This document shows, one piece after another, positions 31,760-42,751 of a stretch of 64,000 nt of DNA. The notes below the pieces were generated by a model. That model saw only the letters and a program-made list of their open reading frames with translations, was not told the DNA's origin and ran no database searches. Position numbers and translations under genes: made by a program. The first letter of the stretch is position 1, and each line of letters starts with the position of its first letter. Source of the stretch: Nostoc sp. DedSLP01 (GTDB taxonomy: Bacteria > Cyanobacteriota > Cyanobacteriia > Cyanobacteriales > Nostocaceae). The stretch covers positions 183,298-247,297 of the forward strand of contig JAVRCJ020000009.1 in the NCBI GenBank assembly GCA_034530875.2. The letters are read 5' to 3'.

Positions 31760-31774
31760 TAATAATGATTATCT
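31760..31774 (+). promoter_or_regulatory. Zur/Fur-type box
   Basis: TAATAATGATTATCT against the 7-1-7 consensus TGATAATNATTATCA (2 mismatches), 27 nt before the metal SBP gene. Confidence 0.65.
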
Positions 31775-31801
31775 TTTTTATGCATCCAGTAGGAGTTAAG
31801 G

Positions 31802-32791
31802 ATGTCAAAAAAATCACCAAAAAATAATTTTTTACGATCTATTTTTGTTGTCTTGACGGTTGGATTTGCTGGTTGCCAAAATCAAGCTGCAAGAACTACA
31901 TTTACTCAAGGCACAGCCGAGGCAAATGAAAATCTTCCCCGAGTTGTAGCAACTACAAGTGTACTTTGTGACTTAACCAGACAGGTTGCTGGGAATACAG
32001 TTAATCTTACTTGTTTGATTCCTCCTACTGCTAATCCCAAAACTTACAAACCAAAACCAGAAGATCGTAAAGCTATCGAGCAAGCTAATCTGATTTTCTA
32101 TACTGGTTACAATTTTGAGCCAAATTCGATTAAATTAATTAAAGCCACGAAAAATTCCGCACCGAAAATAGCGGTTGCTCAAGTTGCAGTATCTAAGCCG
32201 CAAAGATTTCTGCAAGGTGGTAGAAGATTAACCGATCCTCATGTTTGGCACAATACTAAAAATGCGATCGCAATGGCAAAGGTAATTAATACTAACCTCA
32301 AAAAATTAACACCTAGCGATGCAGAAGTTTATACTACCAATACCAAAAAAGTTATAAATCAACTCACTCAACTAGATAGCTGGATTAAATCAACAATTGC
32401 GAGCGTCCCTGACAAACAACGCAGGTTAGTTACTACTTCTGATGCCTTCGGCTATTATTCTAAAGAATATGGTATTCCCTTGGTAAGGGGAATAGAAGGT
32501 ATTGGCAGTAGGGAAAAACTAACAGTTGAACGAGTCAATGATTTAGCTAAAAATATTAAACAAGCTAAAGTGCCAACTATTTTTGCTGAACTTGCAATTA
32601 ACCCTAATTTAATCCAATCTATAGCCACAGAAGCTGATGTAAACATTTCTGAGAGGAAGCTTTATGCAGAAGGACTTGGAGAACCAGGCAGCGAAGCAGA
32701 TACTTATCAGAAAATGATGATTTCTAATACGCGCACTATTGTGGAAGGCTTAGGAGGAACGTATTTGATGTTTCAAGCAAAATCACTGTAG
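31802..32791 (+). CDS. Cluster A-I (ZnuA/MntC/TroA) metal ABC substrate-binding lipoprotein
   Basis: Lipobox FAGC; VVATTSVL, DPHVW, DAFGY motifs. Confidence 0.85.
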   Translation: MSKKSPKNNFLRSIFVVLTVGFAGCQNQAARTTFTQGTAEANENLPRVVATTSVLCDLTRQVAGNTVNLTCLIPPTANPKTYKPKPEDRKAIEQANLIFYTGYNFEPNSIKLIKATKNSAPKIAVAQVAVSKPQRFLQGGRRLTDPHVWHNTKNAIAMAKVINTNLKKLTPSDAEVYTTNTKKVINQLTQLDSWIKSTIASVPDKQRRLVTTSDAFGYYSKEYGIPLVRGIEGIGSREKLTVERVNDLAKNIKQAKVPTIFAELAINPNLIQSIATEADVNISERKLYAEGLGEPGSEADTYQKMMISNTRTIVEGLGGTYLMFQAKSL

Positions 32792-32922
32792 CGATTCAAA
32801 TTGTTGCATTTTTTATCAAAACAACTGTAGGGGCGAACAGCTAGCTGTGCGCCCCTAATTTCAAAACTAAGCATAAAAGCTTATTTGGCTCCTCAATCCT
32901 GAGTTCTAAATTCTACTGTCAA

Positions 32923-34491
32923 TTAGCGTACCTCTTTGAGAGTATCGACCTGCTTAGTAAATAACTCAGTAAACAGACTCAATACAGTTCGTTCTTCGCG
33001 CACTTTTATATTGGCGCTGATAGACATCCCTGATTGTAAATTGACGTTTTTACCCTTAATAACCAAGGATTGTTTATCCAAAGAGATTTTAGCTGGAAAG
33101 CGATAAAACTGATGTGTTTGATCTGGTGGTAATGCGTCTGAACCTATGCCGCTGACTTCACCTTTGATATCGCCAAACTCGCTGTAAGGGAAGGAATCAA
33201 TTCTGACATCTGTTTTCATCCCTTTGCGCACAAAACCGATATCTTTATTGGTGATGAAAACTTCGCCTATGTATTTTTCATTTGGCACAATATCCATGAG
33301 TTTTGTAGTTGGGTTTGCTACAAATCCAGGGTTTTTGGCTTGCAAATCAAAAACTGTCCCCGATACTGGGGCGCGGAGTTCTTGATATTTGACGTTTAAT
33401 TCTGATTGGGAAATTTTACTATTGACATCTGCTAAACGCTGCTCGTTATCCAGGATAATTTTCATGAATTGGCTATCAATATCGGCAATACGTTTTTTGT
33501 TGTCACCTATTTTATCCAAAACGTCTTTGTCTGTGACAGCTACTGTATTGCTTACCTCTTGCTGTCCTTTTTCAATATCAAACTGGAGACGTTGCAGTTC
33601 TTTTTCTAATTGTGATACTTCTGCTGTTCGGTTTTGAACTTCTTGTTGTTGATTGAGATACTGAAGCTGAGAAATGCCGCCTTCTTCTGCGAGGATTTTA
33701 AGTTTATCTAAAATTCTCTGTTGAATAGCTAAGCTTAATTTACTATCTTCTAATTTAACTGCCGTTTGAGCAAGTTGTTGCTTGATTTTTTCTACTTCTA
33801 ATCGTGCTGCTGAGGAACGAGAATCTAATTCTCTTTTGGCTACTGATAGACGTTGCTGTTCGTCAATTCCCAGTGCATAATCTTGACCGGAATTTCTTAA
33901 TTGAGTGCGCAATAAGTCATTTTCTGCTACTAAAGCTGCCCGACTTTTCAACAAAAAACCAGTTTCTTGTGGTAAGTTACTACGCAAAAATGATAGTTCG
34001 GATGTCGTACCGGTACTTGCTCCCAGCAATCGCCGATAAATTTGGTTTTCTTTAATTAATGCCAAACGAATTTTCTTTAAAGAATTTAATTCGGCAACAG
34101 AAGCAATAGAATCAAAAGTCAGTAGCAAATCTCCTTTCTTAACAGCTTGCCCATCTTTAACATAAAGCGCTTTCACTACTCCACTGACAGGCGCTTGAAC
34201 TTCTTTAACTGTTCCTTCCGGTTTTAATTGACCGGTTGCTGGTACTACTTGCTCAATTTTTGCAAAATAAGCCCAAGCAATTCCAAAACAAGCTAAGGCC
34301 ATTAAGGTCACCATGATTGTACGCGACCAAACTGGAGATTGACGCAAGATAACGGACTGCTCAAACTCTCGAGGATTTGAGTGAATTAAACTTTCTGAAG
34401 TAGTTTTTTGCTGTTTTGTAACTACTGGCGAATCTTGCTTTGCTGTGTTTTTATAGTTACCGTTGGGGTGATTCCCATTAAGTTGAGTCAT
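32923..34491 (-). CDS. HlyD family type I secretion adaptor
   Basis: TM helix, ATGQLKP, APVSGTV, DIGFV..G, FPYSEFG motifs. Confidence 0.92.
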   Translation of the reverse strand: MTQLNGNHPNGNYKNTAKQDSPVVTKQQKTTSESLIHSNPREFEQSVILRQSPVWSRTIMVTLMALACFGIAWAYFAKIEQVVPATGQLKPEGTVKEVQAPVSGVVKALYVKDGQAVKKGDLLLTFDSIASVAELNSLKKIRLALIKENQIYRRLLGASTGTTSELSFLRSNLPQETGFLLKSRAALVAENDLLRTQLRNSGQDYALGIDEQQRLSVAKRELDSRSSAARLEVEKIKQQLAQTAVKLEDSKLSLAIQQRILDKLKILAEEGGISQLQYLNQQQEVQNRTAEVSQLEKELQRLQFDIEKGQQEVSNTVAVTDKDVLDKIGDNKKRIADIDSQFMKIILDNEQRLADVNSKISQSELNVKYQELRAPVSGTVFDLQAKNPGFVANPTTKLMDIVPNEKYIGEVFITNKDIGFVRKGMKTDVRIDSFPYSEFGDIKGEVSGIGSDALPPDQTHQFYRFPAKISLDKQSLVIKGKNVNLQSGMSISANIKVREERTVLSLFTELFTKQVDTLKEVR

Positions 34492-34618
34492 AGTAATTTT
34501 GGATTTTGGATTTTGGATTTTGAATTTTGGATTGAAGATGAGAGTTTTGTAGGGCGAGCATTGTTTATTGATAAATAATGCCCACCCTACGATTATTGCT
34601 GAATTCTAATTGCTGTTA

Positions 34619-34644
34619 GCGTACTCCTACAGAGAAGCAAGCTA
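34619..34644 (+). repeat. 26-nt small dispersed repeat
   Basis: GCGTACTCCTACAGAGAAGCAAGCTA; an inverted near-copy lies at 58394-58419. Confidence 0.7.
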
Positions 34645-34681
34645 CACGGGTCTCTAAGAGTTGCCCATTCTGAACTTTTGT

Positions 34682-37600
34682 TCATAAGTTTACTTCTTGT
34701 TGATGATACAAGTAGTAATAATGACCTTTGGCAGCCATTAGTTCTTGATGGCTACCTTGTTCTATAACTCTGCTATTATCCATGACAACGATGACATCTG
34801 CATTACTGACAGTATTCAATCGGTGGGTAATAAAAAATACTGTACTACCCTTGAATGCCCTGGCTAAGTTGAGGCAGATTTGTCGCTCTGTGGGGTAATC
34901 TAGGGCGCTAGTTGCTTCGTCTAAAACTAGTAATTTTGGTCTTTGTAAAACGGAACGCGCGATCGCAATTCTTTGTCTTTGTCCTCCAGAAAGTGCAGAA
35001 CCCCGTTCTCCCACCCTGGTGTTATAACCGTTGGGCAAGTTCATGATAAATTCATGGGCGCAAGCTACTTGAGCTGCTTCGATAATTTCTTCGGTTGTGG
35101 CGTCGGGATTTGTCAGGGCGATGTTTTCTTGAACGGTTCCATCAAATAACAATGTTTCTTGGGGAACTACACCAACTTGTCGCCGCAGCGAATAAAGTTC
35201 TACTTTGGCAATATCGTAACCATCAATTAAAATTCTGCCGGATTCGGTTTCGTAAAGTCTCAGCAGTAATTTCATCATCGTACTTTTACCAGAACCGCTT
35301 TGTCCGACAATGCCGACGAATTTTCCGGGAGCAAATTCCAGGTTGACGTTAGAAAGTTGTAGAGGGCCGCTAGTAGCAAATCGGAAGGAAACGTTTTCGT
35401 ATTTAACTGCTCCGTTAATCGCTGGTAAGGGTATGTTAAAACGGTCTGTTTCTGCTTCTTCTGGCGTATCGACAATATCGCTTAAACGTTCTATGGACAA
35501 GGCAGTTTCTTGGAAGCTTTGCCACAGTTGAGCTAAACGCAATATTGGGCTGGTAACGTAACCAGAAATAATTCTAAAGGCGATTAATTCACCTAAGGTT
35601 AATTCTTGTTGCAGTACTAAATAAGCCCCTACCCATAAAACTAATAAACTACTGAGTTTGTTGAGAAAGTTACTGGTAGAGTTAGCAAGGGTAGAAGTGA
35701 TAACTGTTTTAAAACCAGCGGCGACATAACGCGCATAACGTTCTTGCCAGGAAAAGCGCGATCGCAATTCGATATTTTGCGCTTTTACTGTTTGAATTCC
35801 TGACATCACCTCCACTAAATAAGATTGAGTTTCGGAGTTGCGTTCGGCTTTGCCGCGTAATTGTCTGCTAATAGTAGGAGATGCGACTAAGGTAATAATC
35901 ACAAATATCGGAATTGTACTCAAACCTACCAAGGTGAGTTGCCAACTATAAATCAGCATCACACCGATATAAACGAGGGAGAACAGAGCATCTAAGCCTA
36001 CTGTTAAGGCAGTACCGGTGAGAAATTGCCGGATGTTTTCTAATTCGTTAATCCGAGTCGAAAGTTCGCCCACCGGTCGCCGTTCAAAGTAGCGCAGCGG
36101 CAAACGTAATAAGTGGTCGATAATTTGCGACCCTAAACTCATATCGATGCGGTTTGTAGTATCGACAAATAAGTAGGTGCGCAATGTAGTTAATATTGCT
36201 TCAAACAGCCCTACTACTAATAGTAAAACACCCAAAATATGTAAAGTACCAATGCTATTTTGGGTGATTACTTTGTCAATAATTAACTGCACCACCAGGG
36301 GATTTGCTAGTGCTGCTAACTGCACGAAAAAGGAAGCGATAAATACTTCTATGAGTACTCGGCGATAGCGCGACAAGTAAGGAATAAACCACCGCAAACT
36401 AAAACGTTCTTGGGGTGTTTCTTTAGTGGTTGATAGGAGTAATACTCTAACTTGTGGCGGAAAGTTAGCAGGATCGCTATCTAATTGTTCGACAAATTGG
36501 GCGGGTTTGCAGCGGACAATTCCTTGGGATGGGACGCCGACAACCATATTATTGGCATCGGCTTCATATAAAACAGCAAAGTCACCAGCGTAGCGAATTA
36601 ATGCTGGGGTGGGAATGCGTGCCACTGACGACACTGGCAAATCTACTAATTGTACCTTGAGTCCAATTAACTCTGAGAGGTAAGCAATAGCTGGAAATGA
36701 GATATTACCCTGGCGTTTGATTTGATCGTTTAAGATGCGGCGAATCACTTCTCGACGAAACGGCATATCTAAGTGTTTCGCCAGCATTTGGAAGCAGGCA
36801 AAGGCTGTATTTAATTCTCCTTTCCCGCCAACAAATGGGTATTTTATGCGCTTTGCAGGAGTTTTTGAGGTCTGGCCGGTTGTTGGCGAGACGACTATTT
36901 CATCCGATGCATAGGGAATATCTAGTACTTCTTGGCTATGCGGTTGGGTGTCGGTGACTGTAACTTCTATACGATCGCTATTTTGCAATATCAAATTTGA
37001 AGGATTTAGACCAAGCAAGCGTACTGGATTTTGACCGAACACTTGGATCTTGTCTCGATCGTCGTTTGCTTCTAAGCGATCGCCTACAGTAAAATTGGCT
37101 ACCGTACCTCCACCGCTGACAAACCAAACGCGTCCGCTATCGAGTTCGTTAAATGAAGTTCTCCCTGGAGGTAAATACTCGATTCTTGCTTCTAGTAAAG
37201 CTGTTTGTGCTAATTCTTTGAGATTGAATGTGGCGAGTGCTTGCTTTTGCCAATAAGCAGCGAGAATATCGAAAACTTCTACTAAATTAGTACGGCGTTG
37301 GCGAGCTTCGGCAAAAGCTGGGTATGTATTTAACAAATTCAAGTACGTTGTGGCACTCAAGGTTAAGCCGACTACTTCGGTGGAAGCGATGGCTGTCTCG
37401 CAAGGGATATCGCGCAATAAACCAATTTCGCCGATGATTTCCCCTGGTTGCAGCAATCTTAAAGTAGTTGGGATTTGCGTTTCGGGTTCGTACCCCAACA
37501 GCCGCACTTGTCCTTCATAAATGATGGTGATTTGTTGGGGGAGGCTTTCCTTGCCGATCAGCTTTTGACCCAACCGATAGCGCCAAGCTTGTACTTGTTG

Positions 37601-37699
37601 GGATATATTGGCGATCGCTTCATTCGGCAGGCGATCGAACCCTTCTAGGGAAGTGATAAATTCGGGAAAAGTGTTCTTAATATAAGTCATGTCAAACAA
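34682..37699 (-). CDS. HlyB-type type I secretion ABC transporter with cNMP-binding and C39-like domains
   Basis: GEIIGE cNMP motif, TM domain, GQSGSGKS, LSGGQ, LDEATS. Confidence 0.92.
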   Translation of the reverse strand: MFDMTYIKNTFPEFITSLEGFDRLPNEAIANISQQVQAWRYRLGQKLIGKESLPQQITIIYEGQVRLLGYEPETQIPTTLRLLQPGEIIGEIGLLRDIPCETAIASTEVVGLTLSATTYLNLLNTYPAFAEARQRRTNLVEVFDILAAYWQKQALATFNLKELAQTALLEARIEYLPPGRTSFNELDSGRVWFVSGGGTVANFTVGDRLEANDDRDKIQVFGQNPVRLLGLNPSNLILQNSDRIEVTVTDTQPHSQEVLDIPYASDEIVVSPTTGQTSKTPAKRIKYPFVGGKGELNTAFACFQMLAKHLDMPFRREVIRRILNDQIKRQGNISFPAIAYLSELIGLKVQLVDLPVSSVARIPTPALIRYAGDFAVLYEADANNMVVGVPSQGIVRCKPAQFVEQLDSDPANFPPQVRVLLLSTTKETPQERFSLRWFIPYLSRYRRVLIEVFIASFFVQLAALANPLVVQLIIDKVITQNSIGTLHILGVLLLVVGLFEAILTTLRTYLFVDTTNRIDMSLGSQIIDHLLRLPLRYFERRPVGELSTRINELENIRQFLTGTALTVGLDALFSLVYIGVMLIYSWQLTLVGLSTIPIFVIITLVASPTISRQLRGKAERNSETQSYLVEVMSGIQTVKAQNIELRSRFSWQERYARYVAAGFKTVITSTLANSTSNFLNKLSSLLVLWVGAYLVLQQELTLGELIAFRIISGYVTSPILRLAQLWQSFQETALSIERLSDIVDTPEEAETDRFNIPLPAINGAVKYENVSFRFATSGPLQLSNVNLEFAPGKFVGIVGQSGSGKSTMMKLLLRLYETESGRILIDGYDIAKVELYSLRRQVGVVPQETLLFDGTVQENIALTNPDATTEEIIEAAQVACAHEFIMNLPNGYNTRVGERGSALSGGQRQRIAIARSVLQRPKLLVLDEATSALDYPTERQICLNLARAFKGSTVFFITHRLNTVSNADVIVVMDNSRVIEQGSHQELMAAKGHYYYLYHQQEVNL

Positions 37700-38850
37700 G
37701 CCAGAAAGTAAAAATAAGTCATCAAGTTATGAGTTAAAGATAAAGAATTATACAATTCCTAACTCCTACGGAGTTCGCCATTGGCCGATTGAGAAAACTT
37801 TTGAGACTACCTTGGCTCACTTCTAACTCCTAACTTTCCAATGTGCCATTCAGTGTAGATAAATACCTGAGACCGCAGATAATAAATTTGCTAATTACAA
37901 ACTTACATTTAGATTCCACGTTGCTACCGTTTAAATTATTTAAATTCCACATAGTTTGTAATAATTCTTTAAATTAGAAGTCAAAATACCTAAAAAATCA
38001 AAACCTGCACGTTGTTAATTGTTTACAAATTATCTAAACAATCGGGTCTAAAACCGTACTTCGTCCAAAGTTTTTGGAACGGGGTATAAATAAATCCTCG
38101 TGACAAAAACGGCCTCCTGCCTCCTGCCTCCTGCCTTCGTTAAGAAGTTTGAGTATTGAGGTTTCATGAATTCACTGATTCCTGATTATGGATTAGAGAA
38201 TTCTGAGGAGACTTTGAAAAATTTTCCAAAAGATGATGACTTCGTTAATGATACATAATTTATACAAGCTAAAATTTAAGATTTAGTATTACAACTATGT
38301 CAAATTGATACTCGCAATCAAACTAGTACATCCAGACGCGTTTACTAAACTTAAGACTGGTGTATTTTTGAGTTATTACGGTCAAATTGAAAATATCACA
38401 AATGCTTTCCTAAGTAAATACCCGAAATCAGAATTAGTAATAAAAAAAACTTTAAATTTGTGAATTCTTTTTTACAAATTCTTGCAGATAGGCAATAAAA
38501 GTCTGATGGAAAGAGAATCAGTTTTCCCAATTAAATAGCACCCATACTTAATTGTCAAAGAACTCCTCATAACTTTTTTTGCAGTTTAATATCAATCAAC
38601 CGCAAAATTACTGGAGAGCAATCAATCATTAAATTTATGAAGTAACAACACTGACTGCCTTCAGTATATGTACTAGATTTATAAATATCTAGCTTTTTTA
38701 ATTAAAATAGATAAAATAGCCTAATGTTCCTTACCATTGCGATCGCCATCTAAGACGACAATAGTCATATTGAGCAAAACACCTGCTACCAGATTTTGAT
38801 AGTTTTCTAGTTGTGAGTCAATGAAAACTAGTTGATTGGCATTATCCACC

Positions 38851-38882
38851 AAAAAAATAACCTCATTTCTAAAATGAGGTTA
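38851..38882 (-). terminator. Intrinsic terminator
   Basis: Minus strand TAACCTCATTT..AAATGAGGTTA followed by a T-run. Confidence 0.75.
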
Positions 38883-38935
38883 CAAAGTTTTGCTAAATAA
38901 ATTGACAAGTTAATTAAGTCATTAATGTTACTTTG

Positions 38936-41900
38936 CTAAGCAATCTTCAAATTAACTTGCACAACCAAATCGTTAAAATCTTGGTCGCCACCATTTGCTA
39001 AATCCTCAATACCAAAGGTATTATTTGCCAACAGTCGAATGTGATCTGTCTTATCAGAGTTAGCGCCTAAGAATGCAAAATAAATCTTAGGGTCGTTATT
39101 GCTATTCTTATCAAGAAACTTATCAATTTTGCCATTAACGATGAGAAACGGTGCAAATAGCGAATCAGCTTTGAAATTGCCAGTGGAAGAACCTGTACCT
39201 TGGTTGCTGACTGTCAAATCAATGTCTGTAATACGCATACGCACGGCGGCTTCTGCATAACCAGCGTCTCCCACAAGAATATCTGCTTTGCCATCATCAT
39301 TAGTGTCAATACCACCACTCTCATCAGCTATCTCATAGAAGCCGATACAGTTGTTAAATGCAGCTTCTCTGAAAACCTTAAAATCAGCTTTTACCGATTG
39401 TTTCACTTCCCGCAAATCAATTAGTTCGCCTTCTTGTTTACCTTGCAAACCCGTACCCAAAGTTACTTGTTGATTTGTTGCTTGAACCGTAACAATCAAA
39501 TTCTGGAAGTTGAGAGAAAATCCTTCGCTTTCTGTGCTGCTATCTGTAGCTGAAGAAAAAACGACATTTGAAAAAGAGGTTTTTCCAGACAATACAGCCT
39601 CAGTAGTACTATTAGATACCATATAGAATCGGAGTTTGGTATCAGAGTCAAATTCTAAGATGTTTGTTAAGTCGGTAATATTAAAACCATTAGGCAAATT
39701 TCCCAGTGAAGCTAAAATCACCTTTGAACGCAAAAGAGCCGCTTTTGCATAGCCTTCTGCACCCGGGGCTATGCCGTCAATTTTACCTTCATCATCATCA
39801 ACATTAAAGACACACAGTTCATCTACCTGTTTAGCTGTCTTGGTTTTAATCTTGATTGAGAGTTTTGCTTTATCACCTTTAATGTTGAGCTTAGTCTTAA
39901 CACTAAAGATATCGCCTGTAATTTTTGTCAGCAGGGTAATCGGCAGGATACTTAGATCTGTATTCTTTTCATCGACTGCAAGTGTAAATACATCGCTGGC
40001 TTCATCTCCAGCAACATCTTTGGCAGTAACTTTGATGTTTAGACTACCTACATCGTCCTTTGTCGGAGTGCCGCTGAAAGTAAGGGTAGTAGGATTGAAG
40101 TTCAACCAAGTAGGCAGTAACTCATCATTTTCTAGAGTTGCAGTGTAAGTCAAGATATCCTTAGCATCGGCATCGCTGAAGGTATCATCTGGAACTGTGA
40201 AATTGAAGACACTATCTTCGGTGGCTTCTCGATCTTCAATTTCATTCACCACTTCTGGAGCTTGATTGACTAAGTAACGACCGATCGCAAAGTCATAACC
40301 AGCGACATTATTCGTATCACCCGCCACCACTATCTTACCGTCAGATTGGACGAAAATGCCGCTGCCATAGTCGTTATTGCCGTTAAAGTCGCTAGTAAAT
40401 TTACCAGTATTATTGAAAGTAGTGTCGAGAGTACCATCGCTGTTATAACGAGCGATGGCGAAGTCATAGGTAGTACCGTTATTGCTAACTCCCGTCACCA
40501 GAATTTTGCCGTCAGGCTGGACCGTGATGTTTGCAGCAGAATCATTCTTGCCGCTAAAGTCAGTAGTAACTTTACCAGTAGTGTTGAAAGTAGTGTCGAG
40601 AGTACCATCGCTGTTATAACGGACGATGGCCAAGTCATCATTAATGCCGTCACCGCTAACTCCCGCCACCAGAATCTTGCCGTCAGATTGGATGGCAATG
40701 CTGTTACCAGAGTCATTCTTGCCGTTAATGTCGGTAGTAACTATACCAGTAGTGTTGAAAGTGGTATCGAGAGTACCGTCGCTGTTATAACGGACGATGG
40801 CCAAATCCTCATCAGTGCCGTTAAAGCTAACACCCGCCACCAGAATCTTGCCGTCAGATTGGACGATGATACTATTAGCAGCATCATCATTGCCTACGAA
40901 ATTAGTAACTGTACCAGTAGTGTTGAAGGTTGTGTCGAGAGTACCATCGCTGTTGTAACGGGCAATACCAAAACCATTCTGGCTGACTCCGGCTACGAGA
41001 ATCTTGCCGTCAGATTGGATAGTGATGCTGTTACCACCGTCATCATTGCCGTTAAAGTCGGTGGTAACTGTACCAGTAGTGTTGAAGGTTGTGTCGAGAG
41101 TGCCATCGCTGTTGTAACGGGCGATCGCAAAGTCATCATTACTACCGTTATTAGTCACTCCCGTTACCAGAATCTTGCCATCAGATTGGATGCTGATGCT
41201 GTAGGCAAAGTCATTATTGCCGTTAAAGTCGGTTATAACTTTACCGGTAGTGTTGAAGGTGGTGTCGAGAGTACCATCGCTGTTATAGCGGACGATGGCA
41301 AAGTCATTATTAGAGCCGTTATTGGTAAATCCGGCCACCAGAACCTTGCCGTCAGATTGGACAGCCATACCAGTAACACCGTCATTATTGCCGTTAAAGT
41401 CGGTAATAGCTTGACCGGTAGTGTTGAAAGTAGTGTCAAGATATACTTTTCCCATGACTGAAGAGTAGCCTGCCATTGTTTGTTGTTGGAATGCCAAAGG
41501 TGAAGCGATCGCTCCTGTAGAGATATTCAGTTCCCAGTTTGTGCCTAATGTCCAATTACCTATTAAACGATCTGAGGCGGCGACGACTGCACCCGTCAGT
41601 TCGCTCAATAGCCGTACAAATTCGATTCCTTGCTCTGTTTGAGCAACTTCACAACCGTAAACTAACAGTTGTGCGTCAGCAGCTAAAGCATTGGCCCAAC
41701 CCATGAGTTGCCAAGTATAGCGATTGAGGGTTTCGCGGCTTAGTTGAGTGTTCCCTAAAAAAATTCGCCCTGGTGCCCCGTGGGAAACAATGTGTACGCT
41801 CTTGAGTTGCCCGTGCAATGCCAATACTTGGCTAATTTGTTCGATACCATCGCGCTCGCTATCTAGGACGATAACGGTCATATTAGGCAAAACACCTGCG

Positions 41901-42076
41901 ACTAGATTTTGGTAGTTCTCTAGTTGCGAGTCAATAAAAACTAGTTGATTCGCAGGCATTTGTGCGTGTAAATCTGGTGTTGGTTTAATATAATTACCCT
42001 CAATTTCTGCCGTAGTAACGGAATTAAAAGTTGTCCCAGCCAACAAGTTATTTGGATTTTTAAATGATGCAGTCAT
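38936..42076 (-). CDS. Large secreted protein: DUF4347, seven delta-60 repeats, cadherin-like/Ig domain, DUF4114
   Basis: LVFIDS/HIVSHG/LLVYGC; 7x LDTTFN..G...DGKILV; LPTWLNF..FSGTP; C-terminal IEDL.NGGDQDFNDLVV. Start probably 42076. Confidence 0.88.
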   Translation of the reverse strand: MTASFKNPNNLLAGTTFNSVTTAEIEGNYIKPTPDLHAQMPANQLVFIDSQLENYQNLVAGVLPNMTVIVLDSERDGIEQISQVLALHGQLKSVHIVSHGAPGRIFLGNTQLSRETLNRYTWQLMGWANALAADAQLLVYGCEVAQTEQGIEFVRLLSELTGAVVAASDRLIGNWTLGTNWELNISTGAIASPLAFQQQTMAGYSSVMGKVYLDTTFNTTGQAITDFNGNNDGVTGMAVQSDGKVLVAGFTNNGSNNDFAIVRYNSDGTLDTTFNTTGKVITDFNGNNDFAYSISIQSDGKILVTGVTNNGSNDDFAIARYNSDGTLDTTFNTTGTVTTDFNGNDDGGNSITIQSDGKILVAGVSQNGFGIARYNSDGTLDTTFNTTGTVTNFVGNDDAANSIIVQSDGKILVAGVSFNGTDEDLAIVRYNSDGTLDTTFNTTGIVTTDINGKNDSGNSIAIQSDGKILVAGVSGDGINDDLAIVRYNSDGTLDTTFNTTGKVTTDFSGKNDSAANITVQPDGKILVTGVSNNGTTYDFAIARYNSDGTLDTTFNNTGKFTSDFNGNNDYGSGIFVQSDGKIVVAGDTNNVAGYDFAIGRYLVNQAPEVVNEIEDREATEDSVFNFTVPDDTFSDADAKDILTYTATLENDELLPTWLNFNPTTLTFSGTPTKDDVGSLNIKVTAKDVAGDEASDVFTLAVDEKNTDLSILPITLLTKITGDIFSVKTKLNIKGDKAKLSIKIKTKTAKQVDELCVFNVDDDEGKIDGIAPGAEGYAKAALLRSKVILASLGNLPNGFNITDLTNILEFDSDTKLRFYMVSNSTTEAVLSGKTSFSNVVFSSATDSSTESEGFSLNFQNLIVTVQATNQQVTLGTGLQGKQEGELIDLREVKQSVKADFKVFREAAFNNCIGFYEIADESGGIDTNDDGKADILVGDAGYAEAAVRMRITDIDLTVSNQGTGSSTGNFKADSLFAPFLIVNGKIDKFLDKNSNNDPKIYFAFLGANSDKTDHIRLLANNTFGIEDLANGGDQDFNDLVVQVNLKIA
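40272..41442 (-). repeat. Seven intragenic tandem repeats of about 165-180 bp (delta-60)
   Basis: Repeated GTGTTGAA..GTCGAGAGTACCATCGCTGTT. Confidence 0.9.
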
Positions 42077-42625
42077 AGTTGTTTTGAAGGGTAGTATTTG
42101 CCTCACACCTGTTTGCATCCAAATTGCAAGATAGTTATGAAAAGTAATATTCTTTCCTAGCAAGCTGAGGAATCTACTATAAAGCTTATTGTCTAAATTA
42201 AAGTCAAGCCTCAGTAAATGTCCTGACAAATTGACAATTTCAAACTGATGCCAAGGCTCGATTGGCGATCGCATCTACACGCATACAAGGTTTACACTGG
42301 CTTCATCAAAATTCCAATGCAACTATGTCTAGTGGTAAGTAGAAGGCAGGAGGCAGAAGGTAGGAGGTAAAACCCTCAACAGTAAAAGGTTTTGCTCCTT
42401 TGGATTTTATATTTAATTATGTCCGCTTACTTAATACCAATTAATTAAAACTAAGTAACAGACGCAAACCATAAAAGCTAGATAGGGTCTGGGTTTCTTG
42501 ATGTATGAATTTTGTTAGGGGGTCTGCAAGCGTGATTTTAAATTTTGAGAGTTGTATTAAGGTAGCTTCAGGGTAAATTGTATAAAATAATTCTTTTTTA
42601 TACATTATATTTGAAATTTTAGTCA

Positions 42626-42660
42626 AAAAAATCACCTCATCCCGATTGTGGGTGAGGTGA
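42626..42660 (-). terminator. Intrinsic terminator
   Basis: Minus strand TCACCTCA..TGAGGTGA followed by a T-run. Confidence 0.75.
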
Positions 42661-42751
42661 GAAAGTTTTAGTCAGCCAGTTAACTTAATCAATCTTAAAT
42701 ATTCAATTTAACGCCAAGGATATTGAGATTGAAGCTGCGATCGAGTTTGGA

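Noticed and set aside
37700..38935. Hidden gene in the 1.2-kb spacer upstream of the HlyB gene
   Set aside because: AT-rich, no ORF of 60 aa or more in the track; I saw only STRR tracts, a small insert and a terminator.
40346..41461. 371-aa plus-strand ORF
   Set aside because: Antisense shadow of the delta-60 repeat coding region.
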